From the IMG/VR virus record IMGVR_UViG_3300048670_001593, positions 1 to 64,000 of that record: DNA of 64,000 nucleotides. One strand, 5' to 3'. Position numbers and translations under genes: made by a program. Positions 36,911-45,994 of this stretch are shown one piece after another. Source of the stretch: a virus (taxonomy: Duplodnaviria > Caudoviricetes). A model generated the notes under the pieces. That model saw only the letters and a program-made list of their open reading frames with translations. It was not told the origin of the DNA and ran no database searches. Position 1 is the stretch's first letter; each line of letters opens with the position of its first letter.

Positions 36911-37759
36911 ATGAAACTAAAAGTAAGTGAAATATTTTATAGTGCACAAGGTGAGGGGCGCTTTGTTGGCGTTCCCAGTGTGTTTTTAAGAACTTTTGGC
37001 TGTAATTTTACCTGTGGCGGATTTGGTATGCCGGCGGGTAGTTGCAGCACCGAACGCAATGATGTTCGAGTAGAACTATACGAAAGGTATGAAGATCTAC
37101 CACTGGTCAATACAGGTTGCGACAGTTATGCCAGTTGGGACCCCAGGTTCAAGCATCTGAGCCCAACCCTGGATGTCGATGAAGTGGTCAATCGCATGGT
37201 TGATCTGACCCCGCAAAAACGCTGGATATGCAGCAATGGCAACGACGTCCATCTGGTGATCACAGGTGGTGAGCCCTTGCTGGGCTGGCAACGTGCCTAT
37301 ACTGAATTGCTGGAACATCACAAGATGTTGGACCTTTGGAATCTGACATTTGAAACCAATGGCACACAAGAGTTGCACGACGATTTTAGAGAAACTCTCA
37401 TGGCCTGGCAACGGGAAGGCCCAGAAGTGACCTTCAGTGTCAGTGCCAAACTCAGTGCCAGTGGAGAAACACGTGAAGCTGCAATCCGACCCGAAATCGT
37501 CAAGAGTTATCAGGAGGTGGGACACACTTATCTAAAATTCGTCGTGGCTACTCCTGAAGACTTTGCAGAAGTTGATGATGTGGTGGAAGAGTATCTGGAT
37601 CATGGATTCCAGGGTTCCGTATACGTCATGCCCGTGGGTGGTGTAATTGAGGTGTATCATGCCAACATGACCGCGGTGGCAGATGAGGCCATGCGTCGAG
37701 GTTATTATTTTAGTCCAAGATTGCACACCACATTGTGGGGTAATGCCTGGGGCAAGTAA
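36911..37759 (+). CDS. queE: 7-carboxy-7-deazaguanine synthase (radical SAM)
   Basis: 'EIFYSAQGEG', 'VFLRTFGC', 'CDS', 'ITGGEP', 'FETNG', 'SPRLH..LW'. Confidence 0.85.
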   Translation: MKLKVSEIFYSAQGEGRFVGVPSVFLRTFGCNFTCGGFGMPAGSCSTERNDVRVELYERYEDLPLVNTGCDSYASWDPRFKHLSPTLDVDEVVNRMVDLTPQKRWICSNGNDVHLVITGGEPLLGWQRAYTELLEHHKMLDLWNLTFETNGTQELHDDFRETLMAWQREGPEVTFSVSAKLSASGETREAAIRPEIVKSYQEVGHTYLKFVVATPEDFAEVDDVVEEYLDHGFQGSVYVMPVGGVIEVYHANMTAVADEAMRRGYYFSPRLHTTLWGNAWGK

Positions 37760-37780
37760 GATTTAATATTAAAGGAAAAT

Positions 37781-38884
37781 ATGAGTTATTTGTTTACATC
37801 GGAATCAGTAAGTGAAGGGCATCCAGACAAGGTGGCAGATGCCATCAGTGACACTGTGGTGGACTATTTTATGGAACGGCAGGATAAGTCACAACGCTGC
37901 GCTTGTGAGACCATGGTCACCACCAATCGCGTGATCATTGCTGGAGAATACAAAGGCGATTTTGATGCCGGTGTAGTAGAACACAGAATTCGCGAATGTG
38001 TCAGAGGGATTGGCTATGAACAATCGGGATTTGATTGGTCCAAGTTGGAATTTACCAACCTCATGCACGGGCAGAGCGCAGACATTGCCCTGGGCACAGA
38101 CACATTTGGTGCCGGCGATCAGGGGCTGATGTTTGGTTATGCCTGCCGAGAGACTGCAGAGTTCATGCCGGCTGCCATCTATTACAGTCACAAAATTGTA
38201 GAGAAACTGGCAGAACTGCGTAAAAGTTCTGCTGAATACGCCTGGTTGGGCCCAGATGCCAAGGCACAAGTAACCCTGGAGTATGAATCGGTGTCAGGAT
38301 TGGATGTGCCACAGCACGCCACCAAAATTGTATGTTCCACACAGCATGCCGACACCGTGGATATTCAGACAGTCCGAGCACGAGTTCAAGAGGTCATTCA
38401 ACAACTCATGCCAAATCTGATTGATACCAACACTGAGTTTCTGATCAACCCCACTGGTAGATTTGTCATTGGTGGCCCCGATGGAGACTGTGGTGTCACT
38501 GGACGCAAGATCATTGTGGACACTTACGGTGGATATGCTCCACACGGTGGTGGTGCATTTAGTGGCAAGGACCCCACCAAGGTGGATCGCTCAGCAGCAT
38601 ACATGATGCGTTATATTGCCAAAAATATTGTGGCATCAGGTCAGGCCGACTGGGCCACTTGTCAGATTAGCTATGCCATTGGTGTGGCAGAACCCATGAG
38701 TTTTTACATTGAAAGCAATGGAGACAGCCAAGGCCTGACGCAATGGATCCGGGCCAACGTTGACTTGACTCCAGCCGGCATTATTGATCGATTTGACTTG
38801 TTTCGACCTATCTATCACAACACCGTAAATTACGGGCATTTTGGCAAAAAAGACTTGCCCTGGGAACAGATTAATTTATTCTGA
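37781..38884 (+). CDS. metK: S-adenosylmethionine synthetase
   Basis: 'SESVSEGHPDK', 'GAGDQG', 'GGGAFSGKDPTKVDRS'. Confidence 0.97.
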   Translation: MSYLFTSESVSEGHPDKVADAISDTVVDYFMERQDKSQRCACETMVTTNRVIIAGEYKGDFDAGVVEHRIRECVRGIGYEQSGFDWSKLEFTNLMHGQSADIALGTDTFGAGDQGLMFGYACRETAEFMPAAIYYSHKIVEKLAELRKSSAEYAWLGPDAKAQVTLEYESVSGLDVPQHATKIVCSTQHADTVDIQTVRARVQEVIQQLMPNLIDTNTEFLINPTGRFVIGGPDGDCGVTGRKIIVDTYGGYAPHGGGAFSGKDPTKVDRSAAYMMRYIAKNIVASGQADWATCQISYAIGVAEPMSFYIESNGDSQGLTQWIRANVDLTPAGIIDRFDLFRPIYHNTVNYGHFGKKDLPWEQINLF

Positions 38885-38893
38885 GGATCTGAT

Positions 38894-39334
38894 ATGATTG
38901 ACAACAGTGATGCGCCAAGAAGTATGTCGGCAGACTTGTTTAAGACTAAAAAAGTCGATGCTGATCCCAAAGCCAAATCCCCACGCCGACCCAGGGAAAA
39001 AAAATCCGAGAAACAGACTGTCAAAAATGAAAATATTTCTGCCAAGGATCGGGCATCGGCTGCAGGAGAGCCATACATTGTTATCCTCAGTATTGATGTC
39101 GATGCCAATGATCCTGGTCAAGGTGCATTTGAGTTGGATTGGAATGACATCTTTGTGGCCAGACTGATCAAGGCCGGATATCAGGGCAAGACTGATCAGG
39201 ACATTGTGGACAATTGGTTCCGCACTGTTTGTAGAAATGTCCTGATGGAGACTTACGAACAAGAGATGGCTGACCCCGAAAAGCGATCCAGCAATCGACG
39301 TAATTTGGGCAACGGCAGGACTGAGATTTCATGA
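38894..39334 (+). CDS. hypothetical phage protein
   Basis: Clean ORF in operon context, RBS GAGGA. Confidence 0.7.
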   Translation: MIDNSDAPRSMSADLFKTKKVDADPKAKSPRRPREKKSEKQTVKNENISAKDRASAAGEPYIVILSIDVDANDPGQGAFELDWNDIFVARLIKAGYQGKTDQDIVDNWFRTVCRNVLMETYEQEMADPEKRSSNRRNLGNGRTEIS

Positions 39335-39996
39335 TACTGTATGTCAATGGCGACAGTCATTCCTACGGCACAGATGCCGGAGGCCCTGATTTTTGTTACG
39401 GAAAAATATTGGCCCATCGATTGGGTGCAACATTCCATTTAGATGCAACTCCTGCGGCAAGTAATACCAAAATCATACGAACCACCAGGGAATATCTGAA
39501 AACACATCGACCCGACGCAATGATTATTGGCTGGAGCACCTGGGAAAGAACCGAGTATTTGTATGACAATGAGTATTATCAATTCACCGGCGGAAATGGT
39601 AATCGACCACACTGGCCCGACGAAGTCAAAGAACAATATAAAAAATTTGTTATTAATGCATCCAACGATTTCCATAACAATGAGTATCTGGCACATGAAG
39701 AAATATGGAATTTCTATAATGAAATAAAAAATTATAATATTCCCTTTGTCTTTTTCAATTGCTATGCAAATTTTAAACATGTAGTTGCATATGGAAAACC
39801 CCAATTTGAATGGGGCAGTGAATATATCAATCCATATGATGAAAATTTCACCTACTATTTTTGGTTGAAAAATCAGGGGTATCAGCCCAGTAATCCCAAA
39901 TTTGACCACTATGGTGCCGATGGTCAGGCATCCTGGGCAGATTTTTTGTTTCCATATTTGACAGCACAGATAGAATCCAGTAAAATTAACAAATGA
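39331..39996 (+). CDS. SGNH/GDSL-like hydrolase
   Basis: NGDSHSYG ... ASN ... DHYGADG; AT-rich. Confidence 0.6.
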   Translation: MILYVNGDSHSYGTDAGGPDFCYGKILAHRLGATFHLDATPAASNTKIIRTTREYLKTHRPDAMIIGWSTWERTEYLYDNEYYQFTGGNGNRPHWPDEVKEQYKKFVINASNDFHNNEYLAHEEIWNFYNEIKNYNIPFVFFNCYANFKHVVAYGKPQFEWGSEYINPYDENFTYYFWLKNQGYQPSNPKFDHYGADGQASWADFLFPYLTAQIESSKINK

Positions 39997-41003
39997 GATA
40001 CCTACTTGTAGACACTGCCAACACTTTCTTCCGTGCCCGACATTCAGCACATCGCCAGAGTGACACCTGGGATAAGCTGGGGTTCGCTGTGCATATGACT
40101 CTGGCCAGCATCAATAAAAGCTGGAGAGACCAGCGAGCCGATCATGTGGTGTTCTGTCTGGAGGGACGTAGTTGGCGCAAGGACTATTACGAACCCTACA
40201 AGAAGAATCGAGCAGTGGCCAGAGCCGCCCTGACTGAGTCCGAGGCCGAGGAGGATCGACTGTTCTGGGAGACATTTGATGCACTTAAGACTTTTATCCA
40301 GGAAAAAACGAATTGCACTGTACTACAGCATCCGTCGCTGGAAGCAGATGATCTCATTGCTGGCTTCATCGCCAGTCATCCAGCAGATCATCATACTATT
40401 ATCAGTAGCGATACTGACTACTATCAGTTACTGGCGGAAAATGTAAATCAGTACAACGGCATCACTGATGAACTGCATACCCTGGAAGGCATCTTTGATA
40501 AGCGTGGCCGTCTGGTGATTGACAAAAAGACCAATGAACCCAAAAAAATCCCCGATCCCAAATTTATTTTGTTTGAAAAGTGCATGCGGGGTGATGCCAC
40601 CGACAACATCTTTAGTGCATACCCCGGGGTCAGAACCCGTGGCACCAAGAACAAGGTGGGGTTGGAAGAAGCCTATGCCGACCGAGACCGTCAGGGCTAT
40701 GCCTGGAACAACCTGATGTTGCAACGCTGGACTGACCACAATGGACAGGAACACCGTGTGCTGGATGATTACGAACGCAATCGTACCCTGGTGGATTTGA
40801 CTGCGCAGCCCGATCATGTCAAAGTTATGATTGCAGAAACCATTGCCCAGGCCAGTCTGACCAAGAATACACCCATGGTGGGGGCACAGTTTTTGAAATT
40901 TTGTGGTCGTTACGATCTGGTTAAACTCAGTGAAAATGCCAGCAGTTTTGCAGAATGGCTGGGCGCAAGTTATCCAGATTCGGCAATCAAACAGTCAGCA
41001 TAA
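39993..41003 (+). CDS. rnh: 5'-3' exonuclease / T4 RNase H-like (FEN1 family)
   Basis: 'LVDTAN', 'EGRSWRK..Y..YK.NR', 'LEADD', 'SSDTD', 'GDATDNI'. Confidence 0.9.
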   Translation: MRYLLVDTANTFFRARHSAHRQSDTWDKLGFAVHMTLASINKSWRDQRADHVVFCLEGRSWRKDYYEPYKKNRAVARAALTESEAEEDRLFWETFDALKTFIQEKTNCTVLQHPSLEADDLIAGFIASHPADHHTIISSDTDYYQLLAENVNQYNGITDELHTLEGIFDKRGRLVIDKKTNEPKKIPDPKFILFEKCMRGDATDNIFSAYPGVRTRGTKNKVGLEEAYADRDRQGYAWNNLMLQRWTDHNGQEHRVLDDYERNRTLVDLTAQPDHVKVMIAETIAQASLTKNTPMVGAQFLKFCGRYDLVKLSENASSFAEWLGASYPDSAIKQSA

Positions 41004-41013
41004 AGGAAAAGTC

Positions 41014-41499
41014 ATGGCAAAATTCTACTCAACAAAAACTTACGGAAACGACCGTGGTTTATCATGCTGTTTTAGACAATGGCGCGCCACCCATAGCCAC
41101 TGCTCAACACTACATGGATACTCAATCGGTATTAAGCTGATATTTGAATGTGACACGCTAGACGACAAAAACTGGTGTATGGACTTTGGCGGTCTTAAAG
41201 AATTCAAAGCCTGGGCAGATCATATGTTTGATCACACTCTAGTAATTGCAGAAGACGATCCCTATCTGGATACATTCCAAAAGCTGAACGCTATTACTGG
41301 CGGGTTCGAAGACAGCGGACTGTGCAATCTACGCATTGTACCAGGAGTAGGCTGTGAAATGTTTGCTAAGATGTGCTACGATAAAATGGCTGAACTATTG
41401 TCATCTGGAGGCATGCGTTATCCCATCAACCCCACAGTAAGAGTCAAATCAGTTGAAGTATTTGAACACGGTGCCAACTCGGCCACTTACGAAGGATAA
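41014..41499 (+). CDS. queD: 6-carboxy-5,6,7,8-tetrahydropterin synthase
   Basis: 'CSTLHGY', 'MDFG', 'FDH', 'GCE', 'VEVFE'; RBS AAGGA. Confidence 0.9.
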   Translation: MAKFYSTKTYGNDRGLSCCFRQWRATHSHCSTLHGYSIGIKLIFECDTLDDKNWCMDFGGLKEFKAWADHMFDHTLVIAEDDPYLDTFQKLNAITGGFEDSGLCNLRIVPGVGCEMFAKMCYDKMAELLSSGGMRYPINPTVRVKSVEVFEHGANSATYEG

Positions 41500-41502
41500 T
41501 CA

Positions 41503-41991
41503 ATGACTCTGCTAGCCAAACCTGTGGTCAAAAACAAATGCTGGGTGGTTGAAAAAGACGGTGAAAAATACGGGTCAATTCTGGCCAACGACTACGAGGT
41601 TGTGCTGGTGCATGGCAACCAGCGGGAGCGTTTTTCCAACCTAAAAATGCTGAAAGATCGGTACAATATCGTCCTGGATTCTGCCTCCCCTGCCAAAATC
41701 AATAACACAACCACTTCAGATGTATACGGATACCCTTGTCAGGGTCGGGCACGAAACATACTCTGGGAAGTTCAAAAAAAGTTGCCGCTCTACACCAAAG
41801 ATACAAAATCAAAAAGTTTCTTCTGTGCTGGATACTATATAGTGAAACTAAACAACATCTGGGAAGGGGCATTCTGTCCCAAACTGATTACTCTAAATCG
41901 CTATCCTTTTCAGGGTCCATTTAAGACTACAGAACAGATGCAGGCAGCACTGGCACAACAACACGAGGCAGATCATGGAATCTCAGTTTAG
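41503..41991 (+). CDS. hypothetical phage protein
   Basis: Clean ORF with RBS. Confidence 0.7.
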   Translation: MTLLAKPVVKNKCWVVEKDGEKYGSILANDYEVVLVHGNQRERFSNLKMLKDRYNIVLDSASPAKINNTTTSDVYGYPCQGRARNILWEVQKKLPLYTKDTKSKSFFCAGYYIVKLNNIWEGAFCPKLITLNRYPFQGPFKTTEQMQAALAQQHEADHGISV

Positions 41992-42196
41992 TTTACACAT
42001 CAAGGCATTCAACAATCGCATCAAGGTCATGAATCAGACCAATGCCAGAGATCTGACCCTGACCAAACTTGAAGCTCAAAATTTGCAAGCAGATATTTTT
42101 GAACTTCTGACACAGATTGCTGAGCTTACTAAAATTCAGGAACAGAAACAAGACGAAGCCACGGTGAATGTGGACTTCGATGGTGGGGAATTTTAA
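41975..42196 (+). CDS. small coiled-coil hypothetical protein
   Basis: RBS GAGG; overlaps the upstream gene. Confidence 0.65.
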   Translation: MESQFSLHIKAFNNRIKVMNQTNARDLTLTKLEAQNLQADIFELLTQIAELTKIQEQKQDEATVNVDFDGGEF

Positions 42197-42260
42197 TACG
42201 CGTAGTTAATTGGTTCTCAAGCATAAATAATGTGTAACAATAAGAAAGAAATTACACATT

Positions 42261-42548
42261 ATGTCCAGACCCAAGCCCACGGTATTGATTGAGCACGTAA
42301 ACAAAACCAACTACAAGAGCGATCAGATTCTGAGTAGTGAAGGCATCTGGGCCGTATTCTACGACAATCAACCCATCAATCTCAAAACACAGAATATTCT
42401 GGTTTCCTATCCAGGCCCCAAGTACAAGAAAACCAGTTTCAGTAATCCTGGCCACGCCATCAACCTTGCCAAGAAGCTCAACACATTGTTTAAAACTGAC
42501 AAGTTTACTGTGGTGCTGCTCCGACAAGGCGATCAAATTTTCCCCTGA
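42261..42548 (+). CDS. hypothetical phage protein
   Basis: Preceded by CATAAATA at 42222. Confidence 0.7.
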   Translation: MSRPKPTVLIEHVNKTNYKSDQILSSEGIWAVFYDNQPINLKTQNILVSYPGPKYKKTSFSNPGHAINLAKKLNTLFKTDKFTVVLLRQGDQIFP

Positions 42549-42550
42549 CC

Positions 42551-42943
42551 ATGTCACGTGATGCCAGTTGTCCTCAGAACATTTGGCAGGCACGATTTCA
42601 GGAATATCATCTGAATCCTTTCATATCTGACCAAAAAACTCTTTCGTATCAGCGACTGGACCGACCCGAAAACTGGTGGTATAATCCACTAAACCCCCAG
42701 AGCCTCAGACTCACTGCTGTGGCATACAATGTCATAAGAAAATCTCCAGATATAAAATCTTATAAATTCAAATTGGATCAGATGATATTACCAAAAACTC
42801 TGCTACAATTGGAACGACATTTTACAGGACCGTATTTTATTATTTCGCCCCTTGCCATAGTGTTGTTTGGCGAAACCGAAGTCATGATGCTGGCTCTACA
42901 CGGCAACAATCTACAGCAGTATCTGGATAATTTAAGCAGTTAA
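42551..42943 (+). CDS. hypothetical protein
   Basis: ORF in operon context. Confidence 0.6.
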   Translation: MSRDASCPQNIWQARFQEYHLNPFISDQKTLSYQRLDRPENWWYNPLNPQSLRLTAVAYNVIRKSPDIKSYKFKLDQMILPKTLLQLERHFTGPYFIISPLAIVLFGETEVMMLALHGNNLQQYLDNLSS

Positions 42944-42961
42944 CCGATCAAGGAGAATCAG

Positions 42962-43072
42962 ATGTTTATTGAATACGTACTCTGTTATGCAGAAAGTTTT
43001 ACTCTGGGAGCAGCATTTGGTGGAGCAGTGGTCTGGTATCTGCACCATCTGAAATCTCAGGGAAAAATCTAG
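42962..43072 (+). CDS. 36-aa membrane peptide (not in ORF track)
   Basis: RBS AAGGAG; MFIEYVLCYAESFTLGAAFGGAVVWYLHHLKSQGKI. Confidence 0.55.
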   Translation: MFIEYVLCYAESFTLGAAFGGAVVWYLHHLKSQGKI

Positions 43073-43101
43073 TTGACACATCTAAACAATGATTTTATAA
43101 T
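43073..43101 (+). promoter_or_regulatory. sigma70 promoter
   Basis: Perfect TTGACA-17-TATAAT. Confidence 0.85.
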
Positions 43102-43177
43102 TACAGAATATTAGCGCAACTAAAAAATTCAGCAAATCCATCCGCCATTGACTCTGCAACAATCAAGGAGCACTTCC

Positions 43178-43717
43178 ATGACAAAAGCAACAAAACCGGA
43201 TTATTTGAAAACTACCCGATATGGTGTCAATCCAATGATACCCCACAAGGATGCCCGCCCCAGATGCGGTGTTTCTGGTTGCAATAGGCCTCGGGCAATC
43301 CAGCAAACCTGTGTGGATGGTCGACCAAGGTATCGCCACGTTTGCGATGCTCACCACAGCCAACGAACTGCATCCAAATACGGTTACGAAAGAATTTCTC
43401 AAATCACTGCTAGCCGTCTGGGCATTAGTGAAACCCAATACAGAAATAGGAGTCATCCTAGTCGCAAATATCGAAAGCCCTATTGCGAAAACGTAGATGG
43501 TCGGTTGGGGTTCGTCTGTACCACAACTATACCCAAAACTCTGCCCAATGGCAAGGTTTTTGATGGATGGTTGGATGTGGACCACATTGATGGAAACCCA
43601 AACAATAACAATGTAGAAAATTTTCAAACTCTATGCAGTTGTTGCCATGCTTACAAAACTCTGGTTAATGGTGACAGCAAAACTCCCGGCCGTAAATTTT
43701 ATCGTATTACCAGATAA
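43178..43717 (+). CDS. HNH endonuclease
   Basis: 'LDVDHIDG....N..EN.QTLC..CH..KT'; RBS AAGGAG before the ATG at 43178. Confidence 0.85.
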   Translation: MTKATKPDYLKTTRYGVNPMIPHKDARPRCGVSGCNRPRAIQQTCVDGRPRYRHVCDAHHSQRTASKYGYERISQITASRLGISETQYRNRSHPSRKYRKPYCENVDGRLGFVCTTTIPKTLPNGKVFDGWLDVDHIDGNPNNNNVENFQTLCSCCHAYKTLVNGDSKTPGRKFYRITR

Positions 43718-43778
43718 TTTTGGTTGGCGGCAATAATCGAAGATCATAGAACAGCGTCTGACAATACTAAAACAACAC

Positions 43779-43970
43779 ATGAGAACACTGGCCAAATTGA
43801 ATGACCGATTGGTGGAAATCCTGGCGGTGAGAGATCGCGTGGAGTTTTCTGACGAGTCAGGTTGGATCCTGATCACCACCGACATTGGTCAGGACCCCCG
43901 ACGGCAGATGAACTTCCGGTGGGTTCCTGCCAGCACTCGATTTGAGTGGGTGCGAGAGTCGGCATTCTGA
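43779..43970 (+). CDS. hypothetical protein
   Basis: 63-aa ORF ending just before the next promoter. Confidence 0.55.
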   Translation: MRTLAKLNDRLVEILAVRDRVEFSDESGWILITTDIGQDPRRQMNFRWVPASTRFEWVRESAF

Positions 43971-43972
43971 GC

Positions 43973-44001
43973 TTGACAACAGGGAAGTTTGATGCTAGAC
44001 T
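43973..44001 (+). promoter_or_regulatory. sigma70 promoter (no CDS directly downstream)
   Basis: TTGACA-17-TAGACT. Confidence 0.7.
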
Positions 44002-44009
44002 ACAGACTT

Positions 44010-44129
44010 AGTTAGACACATCGCTGACGCCCCAGAGAAGGATTCCGGAGTCCTGTATCGACCAATAACTAAGCCAGCAGATGGGTTCGCTGGATGCGAT
44101 GTGTCTAACTATTCCATCTACGCTGCTGG
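44010..44129 (+). ncRNA. candidate structured ncRNA
   Basis: Perfect 15-bp closing stem 44010-44024 / 44096-44110, internal hairpins, and loop-to-3' complementarity 44074-44084 / 44114-44129; starts about 8 nt after a -10 box. Confidence 0.5.
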
Positions 44130-44162
44130 AACTGTGCGCAACCTACTGCTGAGCTAGCGAGG

Positions 44163-44191
44163 TTGACAGGACTGGATCAGGCTGCTATACT
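44163..44191 (+). promoter_or_regulatory. sigma70 promoter
   Basis: TTGACA-17-TATACT. Confidence 0.8.
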
Positions 44192-44220
44192 AGCACGACA
44201 CTAACAGCAAGGAGCACTCC

Positions 44221-44310
44221 GTGAACAACATCGCTTTCTTTGTAGTCTGTGCTGTGGTTGGTTATACTCTGCACGATATGTATATTGTCCTGGGCAAGTT
44301 TTTTCACTAA
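44221..44310 (+). CDS. 29-aa hydrophobic peptide (not in ORF track)
   Basis: RBS AAGGAG, GTG start; its TAA overlaps the next RBS. Confidence 0.5.
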   Translation: MNNIAFFVVCAVVGYTLHDMYIVLGKFFH

Positions 44311-44320
44311 GGAGACCACC

Positions 44321-44521
44321 GTGGCCTACACTGTTTTCCAACACAATCCCCAATACGGCCCGCGTCAGGGTCTGGAAGGTCCCTTCAATTACCCCAATGG
44401 TCGAGTTCTTTACTACGATGCTCAAGCTGGAGAATACTGGGACCCCCGCACTGACTTCTATGTGTCTCAGGAAGAAGTCAGCTGGTTGAAACAAAGCATC
44501 TTTGATGTGGTTCGGGCTTGA
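44321..44521 (+). CDS. hypothetical protein
   Basis: RBS AAGGAG then GTG at 44321 (MAYTVFQH...). Confidence 0.65.
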   Translation: MAYTVFQHNPQYGPRQGLEGPFNYPNGRVLYYDAQAGEYWDPRTDFYVSQEEVSWLKQSIFDVVRA

Positions 44522-44546
44522 CATTCCTGCCTAAAGATCGTATAAT
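44518..44546 (+). promoter_or_regulatory. sigma70 promoter
   Basis: Perfect TTGACA-17-TATAAT. Confidence 0.85.
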
Positions 44547-44578
44547 GGCCATACAGTGAACGTAACGAGGAGCACACA

Positions 44579-44812
44579 ATGACTGAATGGGAAAAGAACT
44601 GTTACGGTATGTCCGAAGCAGATATCCGCAAAGAATACATGAACAGCATCACTGCCAAGTTCTCCGGACTTGAAATGGTTGCAATGGGTGTGCTGAGTGA
44701 TGCACAAGAACTGCTGGAAATGGATAGCAAAGAAGCCGCCCGCAAGCAGATGAACATTGCCAAGTTCATCCTGAGCGAAATGATGGAAGCTCGTCAACCA
44801 TCAGCAGCCTGA
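44579..44812 (+). CDS. hypothetical helical protein
   Basis: RBS GAGGAG. Confidence 0.7.
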   Translation: MTEWEKNCYGMSEADIRKEYMNSITAKFSGLEMVAMGVLSDAQELLEMDSKEAARKQMNIAKFILSEMMEARQPSAA

Positions 44813-44819
44813 TCGGGCA

Positions 44820-44848
44820 TTGACAATCACCATTGGTTACTGTATACT
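44820..44848 (+). promoter_or_regulatory. sigma70 promoter
   Basis: TTGACA-17-TATACT. Confidence 0.8.
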
Positions 44849-44896
44849 TGTATCTGTAGTAGTTAATTACACCCAACTTGTGCAAGGAGCCACACC

Positions 44897-45994
44897 ATGA
44901 GCCTGACTGAAACCCGTACCGTTACTAGTGAAGAAGCCCGAGAAAGCGTGATGCAGTGTTTTAAGCGTCAGCGTCCGGTGTTCCTGTGGGGCCCCCCGGG
45001 CATTGGCAAGAGCGAGCTGGTGGCTGGCATTGCTGAAGAGATGGGCGGCCTGATGATTGACCTGCGACTGGGTCAGATGGATCCCACTGACCTGCGAGGC
45101 ATTCCTTTTTATAACAAAGACAAAGGTGTCATGGACTGGGCACCGCCCATTGACCTACCGGACGAAGAACTGGCCAGTCAGTATCCCATTGTGGTGCTGT
45201 TCCTGGACGAAATGAACTCGGCTCCGCCCAGTGTTCAGGCTGCTGCATACCAGTTGGTGCTGAACCGTCGCATTGGCCGTTATGTCATGCCCAAGAACGT
45301 AGTGATTGTGGCTGCTGGCAACCGTGAAGGCGACCGTGGTGTTACTTATCGCCAGCCGGCCCCCCTGGCCAATCGCTTTGTGCATCTGGAGATGCGCGTG
45401 GACTTTGACTCCTGGCAGCGTTGGGCAGTCCGGAACAACATTCACAAGGATGTGGTGGGCTACATCAGCTTTGCCAAGCAGGACCTGTTTGACCACGACC
45501 CCAAGAGTGCCAGCCGCAGTTTTGCTACTCCGCGCAGCTGGACCTTTGTCAGCGACCTGCTGGCAGACAACCTGCCCAGTAACATCGAGACCGACCTGGT
45601 GGCAGGCACTGTGGGCGATGGCCTGGCTGTGAAGTTCATGGCACACCGCAAGGTGTCGGCACAGATGCCCAACCCCACTGACATCCTGAACGGCAAGGTC
45701 CGAGAACTCAAGGTCAAGGAAGTCAGTGCCATGTATAGTCTGGTCACCAGTATGTGCTACGAGCTCAAGGACATCCATGCCAAGAACAAGGAAGTGGGCA
45801 AAACCGACGACTGGCACGCCAAGGTCGACAACTTCTTCCAGTTCATGATGGATAACTTCACCACTGAGCTGACGGTCATGGGCGCTCGTACTGCACTGAC
45901 GGTGTACAACCTGCCGTTTGTTCCGGGCAAGCTCAAGACGTTTGATGAATTCCACAAGCGTTATGGCAAGTATATTGTGGCGGCTGTTTCTTGA
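44897..45994 (+). CDS. MoxR-like AAA+ ATPase
   Basis: Walker A GPPGIGKS, Walker B LFLDE, 'AAGNR', 'LANRF', 'TPRSW'. Confidence 0.9.
   Translation: MSLTETRTVTSEEARESVMQCFKRQRPVFLWGPPGIGKSELVAGIAEEMGGLMIDLRLGQMDPTDLRGIPFYNKDKGVMDWAPPIDLPDEELASQYPIVVLFLDEMNSAPPSVQAAAYQLVLNRRIGRYVMPKNVVIVAAGNREGDRGVTYRQPAPLANRFVHLEMRVDFDSWQRWAVRNNIHKDVVGYISFAKQDLFDHDPKSASRSFATPRSWTFVSDLLADNLPSNIETDLVAGTVGDGLAVKFMAHRKVSAQMPNPTDILNGKVRELKVKEVSAMYSLVTSMCYELKDIHAKNKEVGKTDDWHAKVDNFFQFMMDNFTTELTVMGARTALTVYNLPFVPGKLKTFDEFHKRYGKYIVAAVS

Noticed and set aside
43178-43717. HNH endonuclease as a novel system
   Set aside because: Free-standing HNH genes are routine in large phages, and nothing here links it to a special function.
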